NCBI GenBank assembly: GCA_965223155.1
Contig: CBDCVR010000014.1
Location: 1-64,000 of the forward strand
Direction: 5' to 3'
DNA: 64,000 bases
Source: Candidatus Multivoradales bacterium
GTDB lineage: Bacteria; Acidobacteriota; Thermoanaerobaculia; Multivoradales; JAHEKO01
A program made the translations under genes and the position numbers. The notes beneath the pieces are model-generated. The model did no database searches and was not told the origin of the DNA. It was given only the letters and a program-made list of their open reading frames with translations. Positions 29,769 through 38,985 of the stretch are shown here, piece after piece. The stretch's first letter is position 1. The number at the start of each line of letters is the position of its first letter.

Positions 29769-30029
29769 ATGGCGAATCATCAATTCTTGCTGATGTTAAC
29801 GGGCGTATCCGAAATGACGCCTGAACTTGCAGACCAATTGTATGAAGCAACAGGCGGCGACATCGAATTCAACATGCGTGATGGCGTCGTTGTTTTAGAG
29901 TTTGATCGCGCCGCGGCTTCACTCCAGGACGCCGTGCTGTCGGCCATTGAGCAGGTGGAAGGCAGTGGAATCGGCGTGCGAGTCGTACGGGTGGCGCCGG
30001 TTGACCCCGAGCGTCATCCTGCGGCTTGA
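29769..30029 (+). CDS. Small hypothetical protein resembling the N-terminal domain of antitoxin-like DNA-binding proteins
   Basis: RBS GAGGGG; LADQLYEA...LEFDRAAASLQDAVLSAIEQV; no HTH follows. Confidence 0.6.
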   Translation: MANHQFLLMLTGVSEMTPELADQLYEATGGDIEFNMRDGVVVLEFDRAAASLQDAVLSAIEQVEGSGIGVRVVRVAPVDPERHPAA

Positions 30030-30046
30030 CCGCAGGATCCAGAGGG

Positions 30047-30100
30047 CCCGCTGGCGCCGCCAGTAATCAGCGCCACTTTCCCCTCTAACTGCCCCGCCAT
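30047..30100 (-). pseudogene. 5' fragment of an SDR gene
   Basis: RBS GAGGGG, then MAGQLEGKVALITGGASG, after which similarity is lost. Confidence 0.7.
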
Positions 30101-30238
30101 ACCAATCCCCTCTTCTCATTCTTCTCTTCGCGTCCTTCGCGGATCCTGCTTATACAACCTCCGCACAGCCGAAAGTCAATGGCGCGAGCACCACCATATG
30201 CTACAATCATGACGCCAATCTAAACGAGAGGAACCACC

Positions 30239-30577
30239 ATGGCCATCAACCTGCAAATGGAAGCGCCGCCGCTTCATGAAGACGCCTCAGGGGCGCTGCG
30301 CGTCGGGAATTCCCACGTGCTGTTGGACCTGGTGATCCGCGCTTTTCAAGACGGCGCCACCCCCGAAACGATCCACCAACGCTATCCGACCGCGGGGTTG
30401 CCGGATATTTACGCCGTGATCGCCTACTACCTGCGGCACCCGGCGGATATTGACGCCTATCTCGCTGAACGCGACCAACACGCCCGCGACGTCCGTCAGC
30501 GTATCGAACGGCATCAAGGCGACTTGGCGGGTCTACGCGACCGGCTCGCCGCCCGCCGGGGCTCTACTTCAGGGTGA
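30239..30577 (+). CDS. DUF433 antitoxin
   Basis: LRVGNSHVLLDLVI...GATPETI..YP..L.DIYAVIAYY. Confidence 0.85.
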   Translation: MAINLQMEAPPLHEDASGALRVGNSHVLLDLVIRAFQDGATPETIHQRYPTAGLPDIYAVIAYYLRHPADIDAYLAERDQHARDVRQRIERHQGDLAGLRDRLAARRGSTSG

Positions 30578-30580
30578 GCT

Positions 30581-30934
30581 GTGTTACGTCTGTTAAGCGA
30601 TGAAAATTTCAACGGAGATATCGTCCGCGGCCTTCTGCTTCAGCATCCCGGTCTCAATCTGCGCCGTGTGCAAGATGTGGGGTTGGAGGGCGCAGAAGAT
30701 CCTGCCATACTTGTATGGGCTGCTGAAAATGATCGCATTTTGGTGACCCACGACCGCGCGACCATGCCCGCCTTTGCCTACGAGCGAGTTGCTGCGGGAC
30801 AGACCATGCCGGGGATTTTCATCTTGAATGACCGCATTGCGATTCGTCAGGCAATTGAGGAATTATTGATGCTTGATGCATGTAGTGAGCAGGCGGAGTG
30901 GGTGGGGTTAGTGGTTTATTTGCCTTGGGTTTAA
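30581..30934 (+). CDS. DUF5615 PIN-like toxin
   Basis: LLSDENF, DPAILVWA, RILVTHD. Confidence 0.85.
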   Translation: MLRLLSDENFNGDIVRGLLLQHPGLNLRRVQDVGLEGAEDPAILVWAAENDRILVTHDRATMPAFAYERVAAGQTMPGIFILNDRIAIRQAIEELLMLDACSEQAEWVGLVVYLPWV

Positions 30935-30942
30935 GTTGGGTT

Positions 30943-31712
30943 TCACGACGAACTTAAGCAACGAAAGCCCAAGCGGCTGTAGCGGAAGTCGGGCGAGATC
31001 GCGTCGCGATGTACGGCCTGCACGACCTCTGCGGCGCCACCCCAGCTCCCGCCTCGAACAACGCGATGGCCACCCGCTTCTGTAACACCGTCAGACTCTA
31101 CTGCAACGCGTAACTGATCATCTGGATAATCCTGGCACCACTCCCATACATTACCTAGCATATCATAGAGCCCCCAGGCATTCGGCTGCTTGAGACCCAC
31201 ATCATGCGTTTCATCGCCGCTGTTCTCGCCATACCATGCAATAGAGTCCAAATCTTCATCATAGCGCATAGTCGCCGTCCCGGCTCGATATGCGTACTCC
31301 CACTGCGCTTCGGTCGGCAAGGTCAATGTCAACTCAGGCAACTGCCGATTGAATGCGGCTAGAAATGCCTGGCAGTCCCCCCAGCTCACATTCTCCACCG
31401 GTCGCTTTGCACCCTTGAACCAACTTGGATCATCACTCATAACAGCCTGCCACAGCTCTTGTGTACACGGCGTGTCAAACAGCCAGAACCCTCTGGCACT
31501 GCTACGTCATGCGGTGATTGTTCCCAGGGAAACTGCCTCTCTTCGTTCTCTGGCAAGCCCATAATAAAACGGCCGGGCGGCATCCATCGCATGCGCTGCT
31601 CCACCTCGCCGATGCGGAAGGCGCACCACGGGCCATAGGCGTCTTGCCCCCAGGCCGAGGCCCAGACTGGTGGACAGCCGGTTGCAAGGGGATGTGAAGT
31701 GAGAGTGGCCAT
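30943..31712 (-). pseudogene. FGE-sulfatase (SUMF1) domain protein, frameshifted at ~31495
   Basis: PVWASAWGQDAYG, MRWMPPGRFIMG, then in a shifted frame GFWLFDTPCTQELW, PVENVSW, LPTEAQWEYA, GLYDMLGNVWEWC, LGFR. Confidence 0.8.
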
Positions 31713-31794
31713 AGGATTGTGAACCTGATATTGGTTAGATCACACAAGCTGACTGCAAATCAACTACCACCCGCAGAGCGGGTGGTTTGATCAT

Positions 31795-31930
31795 GCCCCC
31801 CGGAGGGGGGCGTTTCTTGTGAAGAACCCCCTCAAGGGGGGCATAACCAAGTAAGCCCCTCAAGGAGCTCAGGGGACTTGAGTCAGCCCCTCAAGGGGCT
31901 CTACTATCTGGGGATGGCCCCAAAGGGGCC
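31795..31930. repeat. Array of 5 palindromic repeats (consensus GCCCC-TCAA-GGGGC) with unique 13-15 bp spacers
   Basis: Units at 31795, 31827, 31854, 31885, 31916; period 28-31 bp. Confidence 0.9.
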
Positions 31931-31959
31931 TAGACCCGCCTCGCTGTCACCTGATAATC

Positions 31960-32400
31960 TTAGATGTTCTCACCTAAACGCAATTGCTCATCTTCCCGTT
32001 GATCGGCCTCATCCTGATTCCGGATATACCTGCGAATCATCTCTTCGTCTAGCCCGACGGTGCTCACGCAGTAGCCCTTCGACCAGAAATGGGACCCCGT
32101 AAAGTTGCGCTTCCGGCCAAGATACTCCCGGTGAATTCGAATCGCCGACTTCCCTTTGAGACGACCGATCGCTGTCGCCACACTATATTTCGGCGGGATG
32201 CTCAGGCATAAATGCACGTGATCCCGCATCGCATGCCCTTCGATCAGCTCGATCTCAAATTGCTCGCAAAGCTCTCGCAGTATGCGGCCGATGTCTTTAC
32301 GAAGCCTACCGAAGATTGCTTTCTGTCGATATTTCGGTACGATAACCACATGGTAACGGCAGCACCATTTCACGTGGCTTTGCCGGCGCCATTCTCTCAT
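31960..32400 (-). CDS. tnpA: IS200/IS605 Y1 HUH transposase
   Basis: YHVVIVPKYR, DHVH, LKGKS, FWSKGY, IRRYIRNQ; RBS AAGGAG. Confidence 0.95.
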   Translation of the reverse strand: MREWRRQSHVKWCCRYHVVIVPKYRQKAIFGRLRKDIGRILRELCEQFEIELIEGHAMRDHVHLCLSIPPKYSVATAIGRLKGKSAIRIHREYLGRKRNFTGSHFWSKGYCVSTVGLDEEMIRRYIRNQDEADQREDEQLRLGENI

Positions 32401-32401
32401 G

Positions 32402-32451
32402 GTGGTTTCTCCTTTCGATGGCCTTGGCGGGTCCACCGAAGGAGAAACCAC
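32402..32451 (-). promoter_or_regulatory. RBS-sequestering stem-loop in the tnpA leader
   Basis: TGGTTTCTCCTT...AAGGAGAAACCA inverted repeat covering the Shine-Dalgarno; typical of IS200. Confidence 0.8.
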
Positions 32452-32518
32452 ATCTGACGCCTACAATCAACGCCGGAACGGCAGAGCCTATGGGAGTCTC
32501 ACCGCCAGAGGCGGTGGC

Positions 32519-32671
32519 TTACCAGGGTCTAGTTACAACCACCTGCAACTCAATCTCAGCCTCTTCGACTACCAACTTGGGTTCCAAGACATCACCTTGC
32601 ACCTGAGCCAAGGCCAGCTCGCGACGAAGCTCGGCGATCAAATCAGATAGGGGAATACGGGACTCAGCCAT
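32519..32671 (-). pseudogene. Trypco2-like (trypsin co-occurring domain 2) gene truncated by the IS
   Basis: Manual translation MAESRIPLSDLIAELRRELALAQVQGDVLEPKLVVEEAEIELQVVVT runs into the IS left end. Confidence 0.72.
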
Positions 32672-32688
32672 CGAGACGCCTTTCATCC

Positions 32689-33015
32689 TCAAATGACAAT
32701 AACTCGTTCCGCCTCATCATGATCTGGGCGAACAATATGAATGCGCACCTTGCAGTTGAGACGGGCTAGAAAACGCATGAGACGCTCAACGCTATAATAC
32801 GAAAACTTCCCGCTCTTGAGCCTCGACACTTCCGGTTGTTTAACGCCTAGGATTTTGGCCGCCTCCGTCTGAGTCATCTGCTGCTTTTCCAGAATACGGA
32901 AGATTTCCGCGCCGAGTTCAGCTTTGAGTAGCTCTTCTTTGGCCTCCTCATCTGAGAAGCCTAAATCTTTAAAAATGTTGCTGGAGCCCTCTTCAATCAC
33001 TATGTTTTCATCCAT
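32689..33015 (-). CDS. XRE-family HTH protein (orphan HigA-like antitoxin)
   Basis: GSSNIFKDLGF, MTQTEAAKILGVKQPEVSRL, SVERL. Confidence 0.85.
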   Translation of the reverse strand: MDENIVIEEGSSNIFKDLGFSDEEAKEELLKAELGAEIFRILEKQQMTQTEAAKILGVKQPEVSRLKSGKFSYYSVERLMRFLARLNCKVRIHIVRPDHDEAERVIVI

Positions 33016-33107
33016 ACTCAGTTCTCGTTCAGCGGGGTCGCACTATCCACCTACCCTTTGCTGGTTACTCGTCATGTCACCCGCATTGTAACACAACCCG
33101 CCATCCC

Positions 33108-33536
33108 TCACCCCTCGCGCCCGTAATCCCACGACACCACCCGATGCGGCGCGACCTCGATATACGCCGACCCAGGAGACGCCTCTTGCGACCGCTGATC
33201 CTCCGGCACGCCGCGCAGGCGCTCGGCCTCGCGCCGCAGCCGCAGCAGGTTCTCGGCGTCCGTATACACACGAGCGCGCCCCTGAATCATCACGCCTTTG
33301 ATGTCGCGCATCGTGCTGCCGCTCTCCAGCGCCAGACTCACCTGCGAATTGCGCTCGATATTTTTGACCTTCTGCGTCTCCGCCCGGCAGCCCAGGTAGA
33401 CGTTGTCCCCCAGGCGAAAATAGCCCAGCGGCACGCTGTGGGGAAAGCCGTCGCGGCCTATCGTAGAAAGCATGATCCAACCGGGTTTGCTGTCGAGAAA
33501 CTCGTGCACTTCCTGAGGCGTCATCTTGGCCGGCAT
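33108..33536 (-). CDS. Pyridoxamine 5'-phosphate oxidase-like (PPOX, probably F420-dependent)
   Basis: LSTIGRDGFPHSVP, KVKNIERNSQVSL, VVSWDY. Confidence 0.85.
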   Translation of the reverse strand: MPAKMTPQEVHEFLDSKPGWIMLSTIGRDGFPHSVPLGYFRLGDNVYLGCRAETQKVKNIERNSQVSLALESGSTMRDIKGVMIQGRARVYTDAENLLRLRREAERLRGVPEDQRSQEASPGSAYIEVAPHRVVSWDYGREG

Positions 33537-33705
33537 GTGGCGTTGCTCCTCTGCTTCACAAGGTCTGCGCGTCGATTCAACTCGCCCTGATTATAGCAGA
33601 GCGGCGCGCGCCATCGGCGTGGTCCCAACTGGATTTTTCCCGGCAAACGCGCCATACTGAGACTCGCATCGAGACATATCTGATACATACGTACAGGAGA
33701 CGACA

Positions 33706-34803
33706 ATGGACGTGGGCATGATGATGATCTTCGCCAGCTACGGCTGGGACAATACGAGCGACGCGCAGGTGTGGGACGAAGAACTCAAGCTGGCCCGCAT
33801 CGCCGCGGACAGCGGCTTTGATGCGCTGTGGTCGGCTGAGCACCATTTCTTTGACTACTCCTTTTGCCCGGACAACCTGCAGCTCATGACCTATCTGGCC
33901 GGGCAGTTTTCCGATATCGATTTCGGCACCGCCGCAGTGATCCTGCCCTGGCACGACCCGCTGCGCGTCGCCGAGCAGGCCGCTATGCTCGACATGCTGT
34001 GCAAGGGCCGCCTGCGCTTCGGCATGGGCCGGGGCCTGGCGCGCCGCGAGTTCACCGCCTTTCGGGGCACCATGGACGAGTCCCGCGAGCGCTTTGACGA
34101 AGCCGCGCCGATGATCGTCAACGCCCTGCGCCATGGCTTTATCGAGGGCGACGGCAAATACTACCCGCAGCCCAAAATCGACATCCGGCCGCGGCCCCAG
34201 CACAGCTTTGACGGGCGCGTTTACGCTGTGGCGTCGAGCGAGGATTCCGTCCTCTCCGCCGCCCGCCTCGGAGCCCACATGGTGATGTTCTCGGATCGCC
34301 CCTGGCCCATGCGCCTGCCGGCCGTCGAGCGCTTTCGCGAGCTGTCCCGCACCTTTCACGGCGACCAAGCCGCGCCCTCGCTCATGATCACGGATTTTTG
34401 CCTGTGCGGCCCCTCCCTGGCCGAGACCGAGGCGCAGGCGCGGCGCTACATGGGCAAGTTCGTGGAGAGCAATTTTCATCACTACGAACTGCTCAGCGAC
34501 CACTTTTCGCAGGTCAAGGGCTACGACGCCTATGCGCAAAAGGCGGAGATCGCCAGGCAGAGCGGCCTCGACGGCGCGACGGAGGGGTTTATGAAGGCGG
34601 CCATCTGGGGCACGCCGGACCGCATTTTGCGCGCCTTGGAGGAACGGCGCGAGGTGCTCGGCGATTTCGAGCTAAACGTGGCCTGGCGCTTTGGCGGCAT
34701 TCCGTATGACGTGGCGGAGCGCGGCCTGCGGCTGTTCGCCAAAGAGGTGCTGCCGGTGCTGAAGAGCTGGACGGCGACCGGGGCGGCGCAGGCTGCCGAT
34801 TAA
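33706..34803 (+). CDS. LLM-class flavin/F420-dependent oxidoreductase
   Basis: GFDALWSAEHHF, PLRVAEQAAMLD, FGMGRG. Confidence 0.9.
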   Translation: MDVGMMMIFASYGWDNTSDAQVWDEELKLARIAADSGFDALWSAEHHFFDYSFCPDNLQLMTYLAGQFSDIDFGTAAVILPWHDPLRVAEQAAMLDMLCKGRLRFGMGRGLARREFTAFRGTMDESRERFDEAAPMIVNALRHGFIEGDGKYYPQPKIDIRPRPQHSFDGRVYAVASSEDSVLSAARLGAHMVMFSDRPWPMRLPAVERFRELSRTFHGDQAAPSLMITDFCLCGPSLAETEAQARRYMGKFVESNFHHYELLSDHFSQVKGYDAYAQKAEIARQSGLDGATEGFMKAAIWGTPDRILRALEERREVLGDFELNVAWRFGGIPYDVAERGLRLFAKEVLPVLKSWTATGAAQAAD

Positions 34804-34922
34804 CGGGAGGACGGCGGATATGGAAGCTGGATGAGGTGATTTATAAGCGGCTGCACGAACCGGCTGCGCCACCGGGTGTCCCACTATCGAGCTTATGGGA
34901 ACACAACATACGGAGGACCGTT

Positions 34923-35485
34923 ATGTCAAAAGCGCAACCCACTCTGCAAACCGACCGTTTACTGTTGCGTCCACCGGCCACGGCGTTTTGCCCGACCTGC
35001 AACGCTTAATCGGCGCTTGGGAAATCGCGGACACGACGTTGAATATTCCGCATCCCTACGAAGACGGCATGGCGGAGGCGTGGTTCAAGGAGCAGGCCGA
35101 GCGTTATGAAAACGGCCAAGGCGCGCATTTTTGCATTTTTCGGCGGACCGATCAGACCCTGATGGGCGGCATTAGCCTGATCCTCGCTGCGCGTCATCAG
35201 CGCGCTGATCTCGGCTATTGGATCGGCGCGCCATTTTGGGGCCAGGGATACTGCACCGAGGCGGCCCGCGCCACCCTCGCCTACGGCTTCGAGGCGCTCG
35301 GCTTGAACCGTATTGAGGCCATGCACTTTACCCGCAATCCAGCTTCCGGACGGGTGATGCAAAAAATCGGCATGATCTACGAAGGCTGTCTGCGGCAACG
35401 CGTGCGCCGCTGGGAGCAGTTTGAAGATGTGGCGATGTACAGCATCTTAAACCAAGATTTTGTTGACGCACTGGAGACAAGATGA
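34923..35485 (+). CDS. RimJ/RimL GNAT acetyltransferase with apparent frameshift at ~34975-34990
   Basis: RBS GGAGG plus MSKAQPTLQTDRLLLRP in one frame; LGYWIG.PFWGQGY and NPASGRVMQKIGM in another. Confidence 0.8.
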
Positions 35486-35946
35486 CGACTTCAGACACGT
35501 GTTTGGCCTGCCGCCTCACGGCCGGCGACGAGCCGCTGCCAGGGGGACGCATCTGGGCCACAGACCACTGGGTGGTGGAGCACTGTATTGGGCCGCTCGG
35601 CGTGGGCGCGTTGATCGTCAAGCCCTTGCGGCACTGTCTGCACCTCGGCGACCTGACGCCGGACGAGGCGCAAGAACTCGGCCCACTGCTGCAACGCGTG
35701 GCGCATGTGGTCCAAGAGCTAGCGCAGGCCGACCAGGTCTACACCTGCCTGTGGTCGCACGCCAGTTGGCAGCCCGTGCACATTCACTTTGTCGTGCAGC
35801 CAGTGCGCCGCGAACTGCGGCAAACCTATCCCAAACAGGGGCCAGCTCTACAAGCGGCGATGTTTCAAGATGGACCACTTCCCGACCCCGAGGCGGTCGA
35901 GGCATTTTGTCGAGAGGCTCGGCAACGTCTCGGGCTCAAGCCTTAA
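35482..35946 (+). CDS. HIT-family hydrolase
   Basis: N-terminal CLAC; HIHF triad; ATGA overlap with the upstream gene. Confidence 0.8.
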   Translation: MTTSDTCLACRLTAGDEPLPGGRIWATDHWVVEHCIGPLGVGALIVKPLRHCLHLGDLTPDEAQELGPLLQRVAHVVQELAQADQVYTCLWSHASWQPVHIHFVVQPVRRELRQTYPKQGPALQAAMFQDGPLPDPEAVEAFCREARQRLGLKP

Positions 35947-37066
35947 AGCGGGGCCACAGACGCCCCGTACGCTGCATATAATCGCGGTAGGCCTCGCCAA
36001 AATGCGCCAGCATCATGCGCTCCTCCGGCTCGATACGCGTGTAGAATTGCGCCACGATCCCCACGCTGACCAGGCCAATAAGGCTGTTGGCCGCCACCAA
36101 GGCGGCGCACACATAAAAGCCGCTCAGAACCGCGTACATCGGATGCCGCACCCACTGATAGGCGCCGTGCGTCACCAACGTCTGATCTTGCCGCACTTGC
36201 AGCAGGCGGGACCAATTGGCCCCCAGGCTGCGATGCACCCAGACCAGTAGCAGCAAACTCGCCACCGCTCCGATGACGCCGAGCCAGCGCAGCGCCGCCG
36301 GCAGCGCCAGGGCGAAGTGCGCCATGCGGGGTTGATCAAAGCCATAGAGCAAAATGAAGACCCACATGGCCAGCAAGAGCAGCCGCAGCGCCACGAGGCC
36401 AGCGGGGCTTTCATACGAGCGCGGCGCCTCGGCGCTTCCTTCGTCACCTCCCCTGGTCCCCTCCCCAGCGCCTCCCCTGGCGCCCAATATCCCCTGCGTC
36501 GACTGCTTCGAGCTGAAATAGCGCCGAATTAGGTTCATCGCGATGTAGAGGACGAGAAAGCAGACAAAGAACGGGCTCTGATGATCAACTTGATCGGCGA
36601 GCGGCGGCAGGGCGCGCCACCACGGCAGCAATAGCAACAGGACGCCGATAATCCACAGGGGCGTGCCGCCGCTCGGGGCCAGCGCCAGCCAGGCCGATTG
36701 TTGCTGCAACTGCGCCTGGCGCAGCCGGTACGCCACATCGGCAAGCCCCACGGCCAGGCCGCACGGGATCAAAATCGAAATGCGGGCCAGGGTCGCGACC
36801 GTCAACACCGCCCCCCACAGCCACACTGGCAACAACACCAGTTGGCCGCCGTTGGCCTCGGCGAAGAGAAACAAGATTTTGTCGTCCTCCGCGCGGTATT
36901 GCCAAACGCGGAAGGCGAGATCGAGCAGCGTGAGAATGGCGCCGGCCGTGAGGGCTAACGCCGTGGTGTTGGGCTGCTCGCCGCCGCCCGCGACAAGAGC
37001 GGCGACAAACGCCGCCATGCCCGCGATGAACAGCCCGAATCGGTTAAAGAATTTCAAACGCATCAT
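35936..37066 (-). CDS. ICMT-family membrane methyltransferase with N-terminal membrane extension
   Basis: LGANWS, LVTHGAYQWVRHPMY, EERMM..FG..Y..Y. Confidence 0.82.
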   Translation of the reverse strand: MMRLKFFNRFGLFIAGMAAFVAALVAGGGEQPNTTALALTAGAILTLLDLAFRVWQYRAEDDKILFLFAEANGGQLVLLPVWLWGAVLTVATLARISILIPCGLAVGLADVAYRLRQAQLQQQSAWLALAPSGGTPLWIIGVLLLLLPWWRALPPLADQVDHQSPFFVCFLVLYIAMNLIRRYFSSKQSTQGILGARGGAGEGTRGGDEGSAEAPRSYESPAGLVALRLLLLAMWVFILLYGFDQPRMAHFALALPAALRWLGVIGAVASLLLLVWVHRSLGANWSRLLQVRQDQTLVTHGAYQWVRHPMYAVLSGFYVCAALVAANSLIGLVSVGIVAQFYTRIEPEERMMLAHFGEAYRDYMQRTGRLWPRFKA

Positions 37067-37148
37067 GCCTGCCTCCCGTCGCAGCCCGCCTGGTTATAAT
37101 GCGCTATAATAACTACTTTTTGGGATGGCGAATAGAAGGAATTTGCCT

Positions 37149-37307
37149 ATGGTTCGGGATATTGCCGTCTCACCGATCCGCCTCCAAGACATTGAGGCGA
37201 TGGAAGCGCACGGCGTACGCCGCGAAATTGTCGACGGCCAGTGGAGGCCCATGACTGAGGATCATATGGCGCGAATTCCGGCTGACAACAGCGGTGAACA
37301 AGGCTAA
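37149..37307 (+). pseudogene. Possible N-terminal fragment of a Uma2-family endonuclease
   Basis: DIEAMEAHGVRREIVDGQW resembles the Uma2 N-terminus; stops early. Confidence 0.45.
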
Positions 37308-37352
37308 AATGAGCTCTCGGCATCTTAATTTCACTGGGCGAGGACGACATCG

Positions 37353-38063
37353 GTGAGCGAGAACAAACAGCGGTTGTGGGCCTGGGATCTATCGGCGTAT
37401 GTCTACGGCTGGGCCTATAACCGGGTCGCCCACCAGATCGACGCCGATATGCTGGCCTATCTCGGCGCGCGCCTCACCGACGCCACCGTGGTGGATTGCG
37501 GCTGCGGTCCTGGCGTGGTGAGTGAAAAGCTCTTGCAAGCGGGAGCGGCGCGCCTGCTGGCCATCGATTCCAACGCCGCCATGATTGCGCAAACGCGCGC
37601 CCGACTGGCGACCGCCTGCGACGCGGGTCGAGCGATCACGCGCTGCATGTCGCACGAGGGCCAGGCGTTGCTGACGCTGCGCCAAGAGGCGTTGGGCGAT
37701 CAGGGCTTTGACATTATTCTATTCAAACGCAGCCTTTACATGCCGCGGCCGCGCGCTCTGGAAACCCTGCGCGCCGCCGCGGCCGCCTTGCAAAAAGGCG
37801 GCGTCATCGTGGTGATGCACCCCGAGCGCTCGCTGCGGCGCTATGTCTTCGCCCCACCCTTTGGCCTGACGCGCTATTCCGTGTTTCATCTGACCAACCG
37901 CTTGGTGTCCCGCGCCGCGGAATTTGTCGGCGCCGAGGAATACACGCTGTATTCACACGACGACTTGCTAGTGTTGATGCGCGAAGCCGCGCCCGGCGCC
38001 ATCGTGCGCACGATTCCAAGCCAACAACGCCCCTTCAACCTCGTGGCGCTGCACGGGTCATGA
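37353..38063 (+). CDS. Class I SAM-dependent methyltransferase
   Basis: VVDCGCGPG, LAIDSN, FDIIL. Confidence 0.82.
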   Translation: MSENKQRLWAWDLSAYVYGWAYNRVAHQIDADMLAYLGARLTDATVVDCGCGPGVVSEKLLQAGAARLLAIDSNAAMIAQTRARLATACDAGRAITRCMSHEGQALLTLRQEALGDQGFDIILFKRSLYMPRPRALETLRAAAAALQKGGVIVVMHPERSLRRYVFAPPFGLTRYSVFHLTNRLVSRAAEFVGAEEYTLYSHDDLLVLMREAAPGAIVRTIPSQQRPFNLVALHGS

Positions 38064-38087
38064 GCTGCATATTTGAATCGAGATCGC

Positions 38088-38975
38088 ATGCAAAAAATCA
38101 AACTTCTCTACAATCCCGCCTCAGGCGACACCGCTTTTCCAAGGCACTTAGACCAAGTCATCGCCATCTTTCAAGCTGCTGGCTATCAGGTCATGCCGTA
38201 TCGCAGCATGAATCCAGGCGATCTTGAACGAGGTCTATGGGATGTGGACAGCACGTATGCATTTTGTCTGGCCGCCGGTGGTGATGGCACTGTGCATCAA
38301 GTGATCAACGCCATGATGAAGCAGGAGATCGATTTGCCGCTCGGCATCTTGCCGACAGGCACCTACAATGAAGTCGCCCGCTATCTTCACATGCCCCTAG
38401 ATATCGAATCATGTTGCCGCGTCATTCTCCAACAAAATATTCGTCGCAGCGACATCGGAAAAGTAAATGACCATTACTTCATCAATGCAGCAGGTGGCGG
38501 CTTCTTTACGGATGTCTCACATAACATTGACATCAAATTTAAGAATTTACTAGGCAGATTGGCATATTATCTAAAAGGCATTGAACAACTGCCAGATTTG
38601 CGAAGTTTTAAATTGCGCTTTAGCTATGACCAGACTCAGTTTGAAGAAGAAGTCTTCCTGTTTCTCGTGCTCAACGGCAATTCCGTCGCCGGCATTGACA
38701 AGTGGTCGCGCCGGGCGTCTATCTGTGACGGACGCTTTGATGTGCTCGTGTTTCGCGTCTGCAGCCTGCCGCAAATGGCTAGCCTGTTTATCAAAATTTT
38801 GCGTGGAGAGCATTTACATGATCCGCATGTGATTTATTTTCAGACTGACAACCTGCATGTCTCATTACTTAATCGCGAATATTGCCCAACGGATATTGAC
38901 GGCGAGAAGAGTCCACCTTGTCCTTTACAGATTACGTTACTGCCGAAAAAAATTCGTTTATTTACTCGCCACTAG
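38088..38975 (+). CDS. YegS/DgkB-family lipid kinase
   Basis: YNPASG, AGGDGT, LPTGTYN, DIDGE; noticeably lower GC. Confidence 0.88.
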   Translation: MQKIKLLYNPASGDTAFPRHLDQVIAIFQAAGYQVMPYRSMNPGDLERGLWDVDSTYAFCLAAGGDGTVHQVINAMMKQEIDLPLGILPTGTYNEVARYLHMPLDIESCCRVILQQNIRRSDIGKVNDHYFINAAGGGFFTDVSHNIDIKFKNLLGRLAYYLKGIEQLPDLRSFKLRFSYDQTQFEEEVFLFLVLNGNSVAGIDKWSRRASICDGRFDVLVFRVCSLPQMASLFIKILRGEHLHDPHVIYFQTDNLHVSLLNREYCPTDIDGEKSPPCPLQITLLPKKIRLFTRH

Positions 38976-38985
38976 AAGAACAACG

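Larger units (their letters stand above)
31759..32531 (-). mobile_element. IS200/IS605-family element, TnpA only (ends approximate)
   Basis: Subterminal hairpins ACCACCCGC-AGA-GCGGGTGGT (31766-31786) and CACCGCC-AGA-GGCGGTG (32500-32516); Y1 transposase; no terminal inverted repeats. Confidence 0.9.

Noticed and set aside
30124-30146. CTTCGCGTCCTTCGCGG short tandem motif as a repeat family
   Set aside because: Only one instance in the window, so a family cannot be established.
31795-31930. True CRISPR array
   Set aside because: Repeats (14-17 bp) and spacers (13-15 bp) are too short, there are no cas genes, and it lies inside an IS; kept as a separate finding.
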